64,000 nucleotides of DNA from Meiothermus sp. Lineage in GTDB: Bacteria > Deinococcota > Deinococci > Deinococcales > Thermaceae. The number at the start of each line of letters is the position of its first letter. The stretch's first letter is position 1. The DNA lies in NCBI GenBank assembly GCA_033762915.1, contig JANRLD010000071.1, positions 10,372 to 74,371 on the forward strand, given 5' to 3'. The notes under the pieces were generated by a model that was not told the DNA's origin, made no database searches, and was given only the letters and a program-made list of their open reading frames with translations. The position numbers and the translations under genes were made by a program. Shown piece after piece: positions 62,270 to 64,000 of this stretch.

Positions 62270-62746
62270 GCGACTACCCTAAATGCTTTGGGGAATCTGA
62301 ACTGTGCCCAAAAGAGGTAAGGAGGACTGTAAACAAGTAAACTCCTCCTGCATTTGCGTTCCACGACTTCCTGACCGCAAGCCCGTCTCGAGTTGTGCCA
62401 GCAATTACCAAAGGTGGCGAAGGCCTTTCGCCCATCGACTGCGGGCGCAATCTGACAAAGGCGGACTAAGCAACGTGAGCAAACACCGGCTGCTGGTTTT
62501 GGTGCGGTGCGGAATTGGTCCGATTTCCCCCACCAAAGGGCCTCATCTTCCCGCGAATGACTTGAACTCGACCCTACATTTGAATTGTGAATCACCGACT
62601 TCTACTTATCCTAGTGAATTGCGCCGGGCATATACTCAACGTCTCCACCAACTCCGAAATTCTACCTCGGTGCACCTGAGACCCCTTTAGTAGGAATGCC
62701 GAGTCAAGGACTTGACCTCTCTGCGGTGGGCGGGGAACTATGGTTG

Positions 62747-64000
62747 TTAGCGCACTTTTGCGCCGGGTGGAAGGTCTTGCTCGGGGGTGACGACCACAAC
62801 CCTACCCGCTTCGTCCTCCCCGGCGAGGATCATGCCCTGACTCTCTACCCCCCTCAGCACCGCAGGCTTTAGGTTGGCCACTACCACTAACTTCTTCCCC
62901 ACCAGCGACTCGGGCGTGTAGTAGGCTGCGATGCCGGAAACCACCTGCCGCTGATGGTCGCCCACGTCCAGTTTGAGCACCAGCAGCTTGTCGGCCTTGG
63001 GGTGCTTCTCGCAGCCTGTGACCAGGGCCACGCGAAGCTCCACCTTGGCGAAATCTTCGATTGAGATTTGGCCATTCGACGGCGGGTTTTGTGCGGCGGG
63101 CTGGGGGCTGGGAGCGGGGGCAACTGTGGCTTTGGGACCGGGGCCTTCGGATTTGGTCTCACGGCCCTCAGATCTGGTCTCACGGCCTTCGACCTCGATT
63201 TTCGGGAAAAGAATGGCGGCCTCGGCGGGAATCTCGGTTCCCTCCGGCGAGAGGCCCCAGGTCTCGGTCTGGGCGATGGTGTAGTCGCCCAGGCCCAGCG
63301 CGGCCCGCAACTCCTTGGCTTTGGTGGGTAGGGCCGCCTCGAGTAACACGCTGGCAATCCTCAGCCCCTCTATGGTGGTATAGAGCACTTCCTCGAGCTC
63401 CTTCTTGCGCTCCTCGGTGCGGGAAAGCTCCCAGGGCTTGGAGTCGTTGATGTACTTGTTGAGGCTGCGGACGTACTGCAGCACTTCCTCGAGAGCCAGG
63501 TGAATCCGTAGGGCGTCTACCTCCTTGCGGACTCGACCAGCCAGACTCACCCCGTCCCTGGCGATGTCGGAATCGGGGCTCGAGGGGGCGGGAATCTTGC
63601 CGCCCGCGTACTTCAGCACCATGGTACGGAGGCGCGAAAGCAGGTTGCCCAGGTCGTTGGCGAGGTCGGCGTTGAGGCGCTGAATCACCACCTCCTCGCC
63701 GAACGGGCTGTCGGCGCCCAGGGTGGTGTCGCGCAGCAGCCCGTAGTGCACCGCATCCACCCCAAACTTGTCTAGCAGTTGCATGGGGTCGATGGCGTTG
63801 CCCAGGCTCTTGCCCATCTTGCGCCCGTCCAGAGCCAGGATGTGACCGTGGACCACCAGGCGCTTGTAGATGGGCATGCCCGCACTCTTGAGCATGGTGG
63901 GCCAGAAGATGGCGTGTGGCTTGAGGATATCCTTGCCGATCACGTGCCAGGCATGTGGCCAGAACTTGTCGAACACTCCTCGGCTGGCCACGCTGCTGGC
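62747..64000 (-). CDS. metG: Methionyl-tRNA synthetase, C-terminal part (5' truncated by window)
   Basis: IGKDILKPHAIFWP, KMGKS, LANDLGNL, C-terminal tRNA-binding OB domain. Confidence 0.96.
   Translation of the reverse strand, partial: ASSVASRGVFDKFWPHAWHVIGKDILKPHAIFWPTMLKSAGMPIYKRLVVHGHILALDGRKMGKSLGNAIDPMQLLDKFGVDAVHYGLLRDTTLGADSPFGEEVVIQRLNADLANDLGNLLSRLRTMVLKYAGGKIPAPSSPDSDIARDGVSLAGRVRKEVDALRIHLALEEVLQYVRSLNKYINDSKPWELSRTEERKKELEEVLYTTIEGLRIASVLLEAALPTKAKELRAALGLGDYTIAQTETWGLSPEGTEIPAEAAILFPKIEVEGRETRSEGRETKSEGPGPKATVAPAPSPQPAAQNPPSNGQISIEDFAKVELRVALVTGCEKHPKADKLLVLKLDVGDHQRQVVSGIAAYYTPESLVGKKLVVVANLKPAVLRGVESQGMILAGEDEAGRVVVVTPEQDLPPGAKVR

Noticed and set aside
62304..62690. 128-aa ORF or ncRNA between yyaL and metG
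   Set aside because: Atypical composition, no motif and no convincing structure; left unassigned

Overview
GC-rich chromosomal segment from a Deinococcus-Thermus bacterium, most likely Thermaceae (Meiothermus-like). This is inferred from gene content, the many apparently leaderless genes and the very dense CTCGAG palindrome. The backbone is housekeeping: tRNA-Pro/tRNA-Gly, argB, gpsA, purH, dcd, rsmD-coaD, accBC, trxA, ftsY, sua5, moaA, lon, mscL, bshA, a two-component pair and the 3' end of metG. The best candidate for an uncharacterised system is a ~10 kb accessory cluster (16174-26547). There an AfsR/SARP-like wHTH-BTAD-STAND-TPR regulator is divergent from a co-oriented run of a small 60-aa protein, a lipoprotein, a membrane Ser/Thr kinase, a double-FHA/TM/trypsin-like protease, a second lipoprotein and a lipoprotein subtilase; SARP-style heptamer repeats lie in the shared promoter. 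Other notable items: a ~90-bp palindromic REP/MITE-like element in five copies, a lipoprotein with a split dockerin-like motif, a kinase-M23-PLP enzyme fusion, a HAIR-like operator at lon and heptamer-derived repeats. No CRISPR array, rRNA, transposase or integrase was seen. All calls come from reading the sequence; no database searches were run.
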